From Candidatus Altimarinota bacterium (GTDB lineage: Bacteria > Patescibacteriota > Gracilibacteria > 1-14-2-50-48-13), in assembly GCA_046314355.1 (NCBI GenBank), contig JBKBWQ010000001.1, positions 64,001 through 128,000 on the forward strand: a stretch of 64,000 nt of DNA, read 5' to 3'. Of the stretch, positions 1-9,536 are shown piece after piece. A program made the translations under genes and the position numbers. Within the stretch, counting starts at the first letter, position 1. Each line of letters opens with the position of its first letter. The notes under the pieces were generated by a model, which saw only the letters and a program-made list of their open reading frames with translations, had not been told where the DNA came from and searched no databases.

Positions 1-614
1 AGCCAATGGAATTTGCAGTGATTGAAGTACCAGAAGAGTCTAGTGGAGCAGTGATTGAAAAACTTGGAAAGAGAAAGGGACTTATGAAGGACATGAAGCA
101 GGAGAATGGAATAGTACGTATGGAATATGAGATCCCTACACGAGGACTCCTCGGATTCCGAGCAGAGTTTATCATGGATACAAAGGGTGAAGGACTTCTC
201 TATCATAGCTATTCTCATCATGATGAGTTCAAGGGAGTTATCGGCGGAAGAACTGTAGGATCTCTTATTGCAGGTCTTCAGGGAATCGCAGTTGCTTATG
301 CACTTTGGAATCTTCAGGAGAGAGGATCTATCTTCATCAACCCTCAGACTGAGGTCTATGAAGGTATGATTATCGGAGAACATTCCAAGGGATCTGACCT
401 TGTGGTAAATCCTACAAAAGAGAAGCAGCTCACCAACGTACGAGCATCAGGTACGGACGAGGCGATCAGACTTATACCGCCTATAATCATGACACTCGAA
501 AAAGCTCTTGAGTATATCGAGGATGATGAGTACGTAGAGGTTACACCAAACTTTACACGAATCCGAAAGAAGTATTTGAAGGAGAATGATAGAAAGAGAT
601 TCGGGAAGAAGTAA
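1..614 (+). CDS. typA: Translational GTPase TypA/BipA, C-terminal part (5'-truncated by window edge)
   Basis: IPTRGLLGFR, LQERG, YEGMIIGEH, KQLTNVRASGTDEA and EYIEDDEYVEVTP are BipA C-terminal signatures. Confidence 0.97.
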   Translation, partial: PMEFAVIEVPEESSGAVIEKLGKRKGLMKDMKQENGIVRMEYEIPTRGLLGFRAEFIMDTKGEGLLYHSYSHHDEFKGVIGGRTVGSLIAGLQGIAVAYALWNLQERGSIFINPQTEVYEGMIIGEHSKGSDLVVNPTKEKQLTNVRASGTDEAIRLIPPIIMTLEKALEYIEDDEYVEVTPNFTRIRKKYLKENDRKRFGKK

Positions 615-643
615 GGGGCTCGAGTAATTAGGGCACAATAATT

Positions 644-683
644 AAATAACTAAGTAATTAATCAATTACTTAGTTATTTTTTT
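644..683 (+). terminator. AT-rich hairpin with T-tract after typA (between convergent typA and mscL)
   Basis: Perfect 16-bp stem AAATAACTAAGTAATT (644-659) / AATTACTTAGTTATTT (664-679), 4-nt loop, followed by Ts. Confidence 0.65.
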
Positions 684-721
684 ATGAAAAACTCTAATAT
701 ATCTCCAGAATAATTACTTTT

Positions 722-1162
722 TTACTTCTTTTCCTTTTTACCCTGCTTCTTCAACAAATCCCGTATTTCCGTCAGCAACTCCTGATCCTTCGTTACCTTC
801 ACCTCTTTTATTTCTTCTTTCTTCTTTTCCTCATGACGCTTCAGTCTATTTACGATCTGTATTATCAAAAATATCGTAAACGCAATAATCGCAAAGTCAA
901 ATACGGTCTGGATAAAATTTCCGTAATTTAATGTTACGGCATCTGTTACTTTACCTGCACTACTTACACTTGCCTGTTTGATGACGAGTTTGAGATCTGT
1001 GAAGTTTACTCCACCCAGGAGGAATCCGATAGGAGGCATTACCATATCTGAGACAAGAGAGCTTACTATTTTTCCAAAGGCACTACCGATGATGACACCG
1101 ACTGCAAGATCTACCACATTACCTTTGATGGCGAATTCTCTGAACTCCTTTAATATATTCAT
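722..1162 (-). CDS. mscL: Large-conductance mechanosensitive channel MscL
   Basis: EFREFAIKGNVVDLAVGVIIGSAFGKIVSSLV and C-terminal LLTEIRDLL. Confidence 0.98.
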   Translation of the reverse strand: MNILKEFREFAIKGNVVDLAVGVIIGSAFGKIVSSLVSDMVMPPIGFLLGGVNFTDLKLVIKQASVSSAGKVTDAVTLNYGNFIQTVFDFAIIAFTIFLIIQIVNRLKRHEEKKKEEIKEVKVTKDQELLTEIRDLLKKQGKKEKK

Positions 1163-1283
1163 ACTGAGAAAATTTATAATAATGTGTACAGCCTAGCAGA
1201 TTTTAGAAATTAAAAAAGTAAAAGTATTTTCCAATATTGCGCTTTTTACGTATACTCATTCATACAGTTATTATCTTTCTTTT

Positions 1284-2807
1284 ATGCGCTATCTTTCTCT
1301 CTTCGTATTTTGCAATGGTATGGCTATCATGGCTCTTGAAATGGCAGCTGCCCGTTTTCTTGCTCCCTATTTCGGAAGCTCTACTATCGTCTGGGCAAAT
1401 ATTATTGGTGTTATTATGGCAGCGCTTGCGTTGGGATACAGTCTAGGTGGAAAATTTGCTGATAAGCATCCGAAATTTTCTTACTTCTACGGGATTGGTA
1501 TTCTTGGTGGTATTCTGTTGAGTGTGCTTCCTCTTTTTGTACAAGTGCTTCTTAACCCTATTACAGGAGCCATTCTTACACTTCCTCTCTGGGAAATACT
1601 TGGTTCTTTTATCATGTCAGTACTCTTTTTTGGTATCCCTGTGACTTTTCTTGCTATGCTCAGTCCCTACGCGGTAAGGCTTGCGAGTCATGAGGTATCA
1701 AGTGTAGGTAGTAAGGCAGGTAATCTCTATTCCTGGTCTACAGTCGGAAGCATTCTAGGAGTATACATCAGTACCTTCATTACTATTCCATTTGTAGGTG
1801 TAAAAGAGACAATGTGGATTTTTGCATTGCTCATACTTTTCTTAAGTATCTGCGGTCTGTTGATCTTAAATAAGGGAAAAATCGGAAAATTATGGATGGT
1901 GTTACTAGTACCTATTGTATTTTCTATACTTAATGCAGCAGTCACTATACCAATATCTGCGAAAGTACTTGTGCAGAAAGAAAGTCTTTATCAGCATATT
2001 AAAGTACTTGAGAATGAAAACAATGACCGTTATTTAGTATTTAATGAAGGCGGCGGGATCCAGTCAGTTTATAATCCTAATAAACTGCTTTCAGGATTTT
2101 ATTATGATTCATATCCTTTGTTTACCTTACAGGAGGGGTGGCAGAATAAGAAAGATCTCAATGTCCTGATTATTGGTTATGCCGGAGGTACTATAGGAAA
2201 ACTATTTCATGCAATGAATATGCCGGGGCAGAATCTCCATATTGATGGAGTGGAGATTGATGAAGAAGTGACTGATATAAGTAAAAAATATATGGCTGTA
2301 ACAGATGCGGAACGGCAAATCTATACTCAGGATGGTCGTACATATCTGAAAAGCACTGATAAAAAATATGACATTATTATCGTAGACGCATATACAAGAG
2401 AGCATTATATTCCTCCTCACCTTATTACAGAAGAATTCTTTAATGATGTTTCAGAGCATCTTACCTCTGATGGACGCGTACTATTTAACATCAATGCAAA
2501 GAACCGTGATTCAGTGCTTCTGAATACTACGATCAATACTTTACATCAAATATTTCCTGAAGTTGAACTTATGCCCATTAAAGGATCATACAATTACATC
2601 CTTACAGCGGGATCGAAGAAAATAGTATTTCAGAATGAAGTACCACAGTACCTTTCTGAAGATATTGGTGCTCTGTTTCTCAATATAAAAACAGCACTCA
2701 TCTCTGCTCCTAAAGAGCAAAATGCTGGTATTTTTACAGATAATAAAAATGCCATTGAGCATATGACAAATAATGATATTTGGGATGTCTTTTTTGTTCA
2801 AAAATAG
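1284..2807 (+). CDS. Fused MFS-like membrane domain / spermidine synthase-like SAM-dependent transferase
   Basis: N-terminal TM block (MALEMAAAR, GSSTIVWANIIG); C-terminal VLIIGYAGG, VEID, DGR, YDIIIVDAY. Confidence 0.88.
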   Translation: MRYLSLFVFCNGMAIMALEMAAARFLAPYFGSSTIVWANIIGVIMAALALGYSLGGKFADKHPKFSYFYGIGILGGILLSVLPLFVQVLLNPITGAILTLPLWEILGSFIMSVLFFGIPVTFLAMLSPYAVRLASHEVSSVGSKAGNLYSWSTVGSILGVYISTFITIPFVGVKETMWIFALLILFLSICGLLILNKGKIGKLWMVLLVPIVFSILNAAVTIPISAKVLVQKESLYQHIKVLENENNDRYLVFNEGGGIQSVYNPNKLLSGFYYDSYPLFTLQEGWQNKKDLNVLIIGYAGGTIGKLFHAMNMPGQNLHIDGVEIDEEVTDISKKYMAVTDAERQIYTQDGRTYLKSTDKKYDIIIVDAYTREHYIPPHLITEEFFNDVSEHLTSDGRVLFNINAKNRDSVLLNTTINTLHQIFPEVELMPIKGSYNYILTAGSKKIVFQNEVPQYLSEDIGALFLNIKTALISAPKEQNAGIFTDNKNAIEHMTNNDIWDVFFVQK

Positions 2808-2868
2808 GACATACTTGTCTACTTCCAGTAACGGTCTCTTAGTTTATCTCAGATATTAGTGTACGTGG

Positions 2869-3717
2869 TTATAAGACCAATTCATACATACGCATAAAGA
2901 CACAGATTGCTCCTACTGCTGTATTAACCCAAGGAAATAACCAATAGAACCTCTCTAGACTTTTTTCCGAAAAGAAAAAATTTAAAACCATCAGTACGGG
3001 ATATATACCTAAAAGCAGTCCTATCCAGGATGAGAATAAACTAACTATATAAGCACTGCCTATATAACAAAGTGTACAGAAGATCAGAGTTCCATTTTTT
3101 CCTAGAAAAGTCGCTATAGTATTGAGAGAAGCATTTTTGTCTACTTGTATGTCAGGAATGGCAGAATATGCATGCATTCCCATACACCACAGTACTCCAG
3201 CGGCAACTATGAAAGCGGGAGGCAGCATGTGTGTAGAAAGATAATATCCGATAATTCCCGGCACTACATACAGACTATTGAAAAGTGTATCTATCAATGG
3301 AATGGCTTTTGCACGGATTGGTGTAGCGCTATAAAAAGCTGAGAGAAAAAGAAATATTAGAAAAAGAGATCCCAGTACTGGACTATAGAAAAGTGAAGTG
3401 AGTATTATACCTACTGTGATAGCTATACTAATCCAGCTTTTCAGCAGTGCATGTTCTTCTTTGATTACCAATGCTTCTTTAGTGTGTTTTTTTGGATTAT
3501 TTTTGTCGGTATCGTAATCAAAGATATCATTTATGCCATATACGAAAAGATTCGCTGGAAATGTAAACCAGAGAAAAAAGAAGATCAGCGAGGAAGTCTG
3601 AAGCAGGTTTAAAGAAGGTATTCCGTATATAACTCCAAGCAGAAAAGTTCCGGCAAGGTATGTCCAGAATCTTGGACGGGAAATTTTGAGAAGTTTAGCT
3701 AGAAGTTGTAGCGTCAT
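2869..3717 (-). CDS. UbiA-family prenyltransferase, lycopene elongase/hydratase-like (LyeJ/CrtEb type)
   Basis: SRPRFWTYLAG, FPANLFVYGINDIFDYDTDKNNPKK, YSATPIRAK, MHAYSAIPDI match the LyeJ-type pattern; last gene of a crt operon; start moved to ATG 3717. Confidence 0.85.
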   Translation of the reverse strand: MTLQLLAKLLKISRPRFWTYLAGTFLLGVIYGIPSLNLLQTSSLIFFFLWFTFPANLFVYGINDIFDYDTDKNNPKKHTKEALVIKEEHALLKSWISIAITVGIILTSLFYSPVLGSLFLIFLFLSAFYSATPIRAKAIPLIDTLFNSLYVVPGIIGYYLSTHMLPPAFIVAAGVLWCMGMHAYSAIPDIQVDKNASLNTIATFLGKNGTLIFCTLCYIGSAYIVSLFSSWIGLLLGIYPVLMVLNFFFSEKSLERFYWLFPWVNTAVGAICVFMRMYELVL

Positions 3718-4720
3718 GACTATAAGTATCAATAAGTTTTTGAATTACCTCCGAATCATCTAGTCCGAGAAGACCCATTTTTACTCCTGCAATAAGTAGA
3801 AAATCATTAATATCTACTTGTATATCTTTGAGGATTCCCACTTCGTGAATTTTAGCAATAATTTCTTTTTCGTCATCTTCTGAGAGTATGGTTTGCAGAA
3901 CATACGCTTTTTCCACTCGCGCTTTTAACTCTTCAGATAAATGAGGGAGTACATCAATAAGAATTGGAGTCATTTTTGCTCTCATAATATCTCCACAACG
4001 ATCAGAATCTGCCATTCTTTTCTTTGTACCGATAATCTCACTCATATCATCATAGAGTTGATATGCAATACCGAGATTATCTGAAAAATCTAAAAGATAA
4101 TCTAAAGAAATTTTATGAGAATGTTCTGCATCAGTATAATAAGCTGCAATAATGAGGGGAAAATAAATGGAATATTCTGCAGTTTTCTTCTTATAGAAAC
4201 TGAGAGTCTCCGCTGTTGTAGGAGTCTTTGCTGAAGTAAATTCAAGTATTTGTCCATTTGCGGTATTAGAGCAAATTTCTAATGTCTTTTCTTGAATAAT
4301 TCTAAGTGTTTTATCTGAAGCTCCCTGACTAATGCACTTGAGAGCTTCCGTATAGAGAAGATCTCCTAATACTAAAGCAAGTGCACGTCCTGCTGTCTCG
4401 GATCTTCCTTTTGCAAAATATGCATGAAGAGTAAGTTTATCACGACGCATCTCATCATTATCCATAATGTCATCATGGATAAGAAAAAAATTATGGATTA
4501 GTTCAATTCCTGATGCTATATGTAATGTTTGTTCATTGATCGTTCCTCCCCAAATGGAGCATGCCTCTAAGAAAAGAAGAGGACGCACTTGTTTGCCGCC
4601 TTCGAGAATATAGGATTTTAAATAGTGGTATTCTTCAGGATATGGTTCAAGAATTCTATCAATTAAAGCAGAAAAATAGGTATCAAAAGATTTCTTTAAA
4701 TCTGCGAGAGGTATTTTCAT
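3695..4720 (-). CDS. crtE: Polyprenyl (geranylgeranyl) diphosphate synthase
   Basis: GGKQVRP, ELIH, LIHDDIMDNDEMRR (FARM), GQ, KTA, YQLYDD (SARM); within crt operon. Confidence 0.85.
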   Translation of the reverse strand: MKIPLADLKKSFDTYFSALIDRILEPYPEEYHYLKSYILEGGKQVRPLLFLEACSIWGGTINEQTLHIASGIELIHNFFLIHDDIMDNDEMRRDKLTLHAYFAKGRSETAGRALALVLGDLLYTEALKCISQGASDKTLRIIQEKTLEICSNTANGQILEFTSAKTPTTAETLSFYKKKTAEYSIYFPLIIAAYYTDAEHSHKISLDYLLDFSDNLGIAYQLYDDMSEIIGTKKRMADSDRCGDIMRAKMTPILIDVLPHLSEELKARVEKAYVLQTILSEDDEKEIIAKIHEVGILKDIQVDINDFLLIAGVKMGLLGLDDSEVIQKLIDTYSHDATTSS

Positions 4721-4732
4721 GTGAAAGTGAAA

Positions 4733-5569
4733 CTATGCGTGAAGTAATAGGTGCAGAAAGTTGCACATCATGCGTCTTCTGCTGCTCTTTATTTTTCTCT
4801 GGAACACTACCAGCGGATTTTTTTCTATCTCGAGGAGTGTATCATAATACGTAAATGCCGCAAGTCTTACGGCAATACGGCAAGAAAAGGGGAGATAGTC
4901 AAATCCCTTATTTGCTGTTTGTTGTATATCTTTTGTTCTTTGTATCTCAAATTGAAGTAAAGAAAGTATCTTCTTTTCATCTAGAAAATGTCCATTCCAC
5001 CACTCCTCCTCCGTAATACCAAACTTTTTCAAATCCTCAAGCGGCATATATATTCTCTCCCGCACGCTATCTTCTTTTATGTCTCTTATAAAATTTATGA
5101 GCTGCATGGATTTTCCAAGTGCCTGAGCATACACCAAACCCTCATTTTTAATTCCCATAAGCTTCGACATCATGAGCCCAATGACTTCTGCTGAACCAAA
5201 AATATAAGTTTCTACTTCAGGATAAGTGTCATAAGTCTTTTTCCATAGATCCATCTCCATTGAATCAAGAAAAGCATCTACCCACTGTTTTTCAAAATCA
5301 AACTTATGGGCAAGCTTTGTAAAAGTAAGGATCACTATATTTGTGCTTTTACCTGTACTCCAGCAGTTTTCAAACTCACTTCTAAATTGTTTCAAAGCAC
5401 TTCTGGGATCTTCACTAGGATTATCTACTATTTCATCTGCAAGCCTTACAAAAGCATACAGAACATATACGTTATGGCGTATTTGGCGGGGAAAAAGCAG
5501 TGTAGAGTAATAGTATGTCTTACTATGAGCTTTAAATATATTTTTGCAGAGTTTAATTTCTTCGGACAT
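4733..5569 (-). CDS. crtB: Phytoene synthase
   Basis: HSKTYY, LYAFVRLADEIVD, FLDSMEMDL, GSAEVIGLM, MQLINFIRDIKED, RIYMP. Confidence 0.93.
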   Translation of the reverse strand: MSEEIKLCKNIFKAHSKTYYYSTLLFPRQIRHNVYVLYAFVRLADEIVDNPSEDPRSALKQFRSEFENCWSTGKSTNIVILTFTKLAHKFDFEKQWVDAFLDSMEMDLWKKTYDTYPEVETYIFGSAEVIGLMMSKLMGIKNEGLVYAQALGKSMQLINFIRDIKEDSVRERIYMPLEDLKKFGITEEEWWNGHFLDEKKILSLLQFEIQRTKDIQQTANKGFDYLPFSCRIAVRLAAFTYYDTLLEIEKNPLVVFQRKIKSSRRRMMCNFLHLLLHA

Positions 5570-7037
5570 ATTTTTTGATTTGTTGTGAAGTGAGCTGAGA
5601 ACTTATGAGACACATAGGTACTCCAATTCCAGGAATCGTATTTGCTCCTGTGTAAAAGAGATTATGTACTTTATTACTCTTATTTCTAGGCCGGAAAAAA
5701 GCTGTTTGAAAGAGTGTGTGTGCAAGTCCTAGAGCAGAGCCCTTATGACTATTGTATTTTTTCTTAAAATCCGAGACAGTAAAGATTTTTTTAATATGAA
5801 CATGATTTTCAATACTTTCTCCCAGCCATTCTTCAAGCATAGAAATGATTTTTGACTGATAGAGAGTCCTAATGGTCTCATCATCTTCTAAGCCGCTTGC
5901 GACGGGGACAAGTACAAATACATTTTCTCCGTAATGCGGAGCAACAGTATCATCTGTCTTTGATGGACAGCCAATATAGATGGAAGGATTCTCGGGCCAT
6001 TCCGGCTGGTCAAATATCTCAGCAAAATGTTTCTGCCAGTCACTGGCGAAGAAGAGGTTATGATGCTGAAGTTTTGCGAGCTTTTTATTAAGACCTAAAT
6101 AGATAATAAAGGCGGAAGGTGATTGTGTGCGTTTTTTCCAGTATGTTTCAGAGTACTGCTGATATTTTTTTGGAAGCAGACGTGTTTCTGTAAAATGGTA
6201 GTCTCCATTAGACAGTATGACATCTCCTTTTACATATGTTCCATTTGTAAGCATGATGCCTGATGCTTTCTTTGTACCTGGATCAATGCATATTTTCTCC
6301 ACAGATATATTTGAGTGAAGTTTTGCTCCAAATTCCTTTGCAAGTTTTATGAGTGCGCAAGGGATTTCATACATTCCACCTTTGGGATACCATACTCCCA
6401 TATTGAAATCTATGTGGGACATGATGTTGTAAAGTGCAGGTGTATTTTTGGGAGACCCACCCAGGAATACAAGAGTATACTGCATGATCTGCTGTATTCT
6501 TTTATCCTTAAAGAATCGTGATACATATTTATCCATGTTTTCAAAGACATGAAGCTTGCTGCCCTCTATGAGGAGCTTTTTATTGAAAAAGCTAAAGATA
6601 GAAGAGTAATTCTTATATACAAAATCCTTCATGGCAATGTGATAAGACTCTTCACTTCTTTGTATGAATTCTTTTAACTTTGCTTTTGAACCTTTTTCCC
6701 AAGATTCGAACAAATCACCAAGCTCATCAATATCCGTCGAAATATCATAGTAAGTCTTGTCCTCAAAAAATACCCGGTAACTGGGGGTAAGCTGCTGGAG
6801 TGATAAATAATCTTCAATGTTTTTCCCAACGGATTTGAAGAATTTTTCAAATACATCAGGCATGAGATACCAGGATGGTCCCATATCAAAGCGGAATCCA
6901 TCTTCAGAAAAGGTATTCGCTCTGCCTCCAAGATTCTCATTTTTTTCAAAAAGCTCCACGTCAAAGCCTTCTTTTGCGAGCTGTACTGCGCTTGCAAGTC
7001 CTCCGATCCCTCCCCCAATAATAAGAACTTTCTTCAT
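5553..7037 (-). CDS. crtI: Phytoene desaturase family protein (CrtI/CrtD)
   Basis: IIGGGIGGL FAD motif, GFRFDMGPSWYLMP, YPKGGM, GLAHTLFQTAFFRP, PGIGVPMCLIS. Confidence 0.92.
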   Translation of the reverse strand: MKKVLIIGGGIGGLASAVQLAKEGFDVELFEKNENLGGRANTFSEDGFRFDMGPSWYLMPDVFEKFFKSVGKNIEDYLSLQQLTPSYRVFFEDKTYYDISTDIDELGDLFESWEKGSKAKLKEFIQRSEESYHIAMKDFVYKNYSSIFSFFNKKLLIEGSKLHVFENMDKYVSRFFKDKRIQQIMQYTLVFLGGSPKNTPALYNIMSHIDFNMGVWYPKGGMYEIPCALIKLAKEFGAKLHSNISVEKICIDPGTKKASGIMLTNGTYVKGDVILSNGDYHFTETRLLPKKYQQYSETYWKKRTQSPSAFIIYLGLNKKLAKLQHHNLFFASDWQKHFAEIFDQPEWPENPSIYIGCPSKTDDTVAPHYGENVFVLVPVASGLEDDETIRTLYQSKIISMLEEWLGESIENHVHIKKIFTVSDFKKKYNSHKGSALGLAHTLFQTAFFRPRNKSNKVHNLFYTGANTIPGIGVPMCLISSQLTSQQIKKYVRRN

Positions 7038-7049
7038 TACAAGTGTTAA

Positions 7050-7307
7050 TTATTTCTTCTTGCTTCCCCAGCGCCACTCTGGCTTTTCACCGGTTCTATA
7101 ACAGATAAGAATAAGTAAAATAGTCAGTATAAGAATTTGTAAAAATGCACCATAAGGTAGAGTTTTTTCTATCTCCGCATTCCGCGTCACTGGAATAAGT
7201 ATGGCAGCAAGCAAGACAATATAGCCAATAAGAATACACCACCCTTGCCAGCTTGCTGGCGTCCATCCATAGCCGTATGTCTTGTTTTTGAACCAAAGGT
7301 GCTTCAT
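7050..7307 (-). CDS. Small two-TM membrane protein (WFxxKxYGxGWxP...W type)
   Basis: MKHLWFKNKTYGYGWTPASWQGW ... TGEKPEWRWG; ATG at 7307; 12 bp upstream of crtI. Confidence 0.8.
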   Translation of the reverse strand: MKHLWFKNKTYGYGWTPASWQGWCILIGYIVLLAAILIPVTRNAEIEKTLPYGAFLQILILTILLILICYRTGEKPEWRWGSKKK

Positions 7308-7557
7308 AGAACATGTGAAAATCTTTTCGCTCACTATAATCTTTTTTAGATAGAAAATGAAGAGGAAAATATGCATTGATATCTCTATCAATTTGAAATA
7401 CTAACAGCATTATGTCTTGTGAGTGGCTATCTACATACTGTGCCTTATTTTTCATGAGTACATTATGTGTATGGATAGATACTATTTTTACGTTGTTTTG
7501 ACAATAATAGGGAAACCGCTACCATTTGGATCATATCTTATTACCTTCCTTCCTTTT

Positions 7558-7842
7558 ATGGAAACAAAGTCACAGGCTCAGTTTAATGCAGAGTTCAGTG
7601 AAAATATTTCACGTCTTTTCATCTTCCGGTTTCTCTGGATGTACATCTGGATTTTTCCTCTAGCAGTTTGGGGACTCTGGATCGGGATTATTTCTTTTCT
7701 TCAGTTCTGGTATATGCTCTTTACTGGAAAACGACACAGAGGGTTCTGGGATAGGACTGTGCGGTTTACAAAGTATGTCACTAAATGGGGTGCATATTTG
7801 AAATATGTAACTGATGAGCGTCCGCAGCTTATTGAGGATTAA
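7558..7842 (+). CDS. DUF4389-like membrane protein
   Basis: SRLFIFRFLW ... MLFTGKRHRGFWD ... AYLKYVTDERP; ATG at 7558. Confidence 0.8.
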   Translation: METKSQAQFNAEFSENISRLFIFRFLWMYIWIFPLAVWGLWIGIISFLQFWYMLFTGKRHRGFWDRTVRFTKYVTKWGAYLKYVTDERPQLIED

Positions 7843-7851
7843 TAGGTAATA

Positions 7852-7883
7852 GAAAGACCCCTTCATCAATGAGGGGTCTTTTT
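7852..7883. terminator. Intrinsic terminator between convergent genes
   Basis: AAAGACCCC-T-TCAT-CA-ATGA-GGGGTCTTT followed by Ts. Confidence 0.8.
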
Positions 7884-7905
7884 AGATACTACAACCTGGT
7901 ATTTT

Positions 7906-8568
7906 TTAAGATTGCTTGGGATAATTATCCATCTTCCACGCTATATGCGATATGGTGCGTCCCACAGCCAGATGCTTCTTTTCATAATATGTTTGTATCG
8001 CTAGCGCTCCATCAGGTGTGCCTTTCTCATATATATCTTCCTGATTGTCCACGATCTCAAGTCCTAAATCTTTCAATGTCTCTTTTGTATATTCATAGAG
8101 ATCCCGATCATCTGTCTTCAAATGTACAATTCCTCCTGGACGGAGTATCGGAACGTACCGCTCAAGGAATCTCGGGGATGTAAGGCGTTTTTTTGCATCG
8201 CCTTTGAGAGGATACGGATCAGGAAATGTTATCCATATTTCATCGACTTCACTTTCTCCAAAGTACTCAAGTAGATGATCTATATATCCCTGTAAGAAGC
8301 GTACATTTTTAAGTTCTGCCTGCAGTGCATTTCCAGCTCCTTTCCAGAGACGTGCACCTTTAATATCCATTCCGATAAAACTATTATCAGGATATATCTT
8401 ACCTAAGGAAAGAGTGTAGTCTCCCTTGCCGCATCCAAGCTCTAGAATAATCGGATAATGATTCTCAAACACTCTTTCTCTCCATTGTCCCTGAATACCC
8501 TTTGGTTCAAAAAGGACATTTGGAAAAGTTTTTAGTTCTTCGTAGCGCTTGAGTTTTTTGCGGGGCAT
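7906..8568 (-). CDS. trmB: tRNA (guanine-N7)-methyltransferase TrmB
   Basis: LELGCGKG, GMDIKGAR, IWITFPDP, HLKTD, TYYEKK; ATG at 8568. Confidence 0.95.
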   Translation of the reverse strand: MPRKKLKRYEELKTFPNVLFEPKGIQGQWRERVFENHYPIILELGCGKGDYTLSLGKIYPDNSFIGMDIKGARLWKGAGNALQAELKNVRFLQGYIDHLLEYFGESEVDEIWITFPDPYPLKGDAKKRLTSPRFLERYVPILRPGGIVHLKTDDRDLYEYTKETLKDLGLEIVDNQEDIYEKGTPDGALAIQTYYEKKHLAVGRTISHIAWKMDNYPKQS

Positions 8569-8698
8569 AAAGTAGCAAATAGTGTATAGCATTAGCAATA
8601 GTAGAATTTGAGAGAGAAAAGTAAATAGAAAATGCAGATGGTGTGATTGAATTTTTTCTAAACTTATCTATTGTAGGTATATATTTCTTATCTATTTT

Positions 8699-9529
8699 AT
8701 GCAGCAGCTTCATTCATTTCTTGCCGCAGACGGTCTTGAGCTTCACGGACTTCTTCATACTTCTGGCTCCAAAAGCTGCGTCATACATATTCATGGATTA
8801 GGAGGGAATTTCTATAAGGATTGGTATACACCTGCTATGGTCTCTCTCTATAAAGAAAAAGGATATGATTACTTTACATTCAATAACCGTGGAGCTGACT
8901 TTGTAAAACGTATGAAATATCCCAAGGAGGATCGTCAAAGATGGCTTGGATATAGCTATGAAATTTTTGAAGAGTCAGTATATGATATTGAAGGAGTGAT
9001 AGAATATCTGAAATCTCTAGGATACACTTCCTTTATTCTGCAGGGGCATAGCAGCGGATGCCAAAAGGCGCTTTTTGCGATTACGCAGAAAGAGTTTAAA
9101 GAAGTACAAAAATTGATACTACTCTCCCCATGTGATGATAGGGGACTTTACCTGAGAGACTGGAGTGAAGAAGGACTGGAAAAGAGACTTGAACTTGCTT
9201 CTAAACATTTAGATACGCTTATTACAGATCCTGATTTTTTTATGGGGATGCCGATATCAGGAAATACTTTCTTAAGCCACTTTGCAAAGGGAAGTGCCTT
9301 TGATTGTTTTCATTATTACGATGAAGATCGTACATTTGCTGAATTAGAAAAGAATCCTTTACCGACACTTGTACTCTTTGGAAGCGACGATTATGTGATA
9401 GACTTTAAAAATATTGAGCGGGTTTTTGCTGAGCACAATAATTACGATCTTCATATCATTGAAGGAGCCGGACACAAATATGACGGCTTTGAGAATGAAC
9501 TCAAAACCGTCATATCATCTTTTTTATAA
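8699..9529 (+). CDS. Alpha/beta hydrolase (DUF1749-like)
   Basis: HIHGLGGNF, nucleophile elbow GHSSG, GSDD, GAGH. Confidence 0.88.
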   Translation: MQQLHSFLAADGLELHGLLHTSGSKSCVIHIHGLGGNFYKDWYTPAMVSLYKEKGYDYFTFNNRGADFVKRMKYPKEDRQRWLGYSYEIFEESVYDIEGVIEYLKSLGYTSFILQGHSSGCQKALFAITQKEFKEVQKLILLSPCDDRGLYLRDWSEEGLEKRLELASKHLDTLITDPDFFMGMPISGNTFLSHFAKGSAFDCFHYYDEDRTFAELEKNPLPTLVLFGSDDYVIDFKNIERVFAEHNNYDLHIIEGAGHKYDGFENELKTVISSFL

Positions 9530-9536
9530 GTATATA

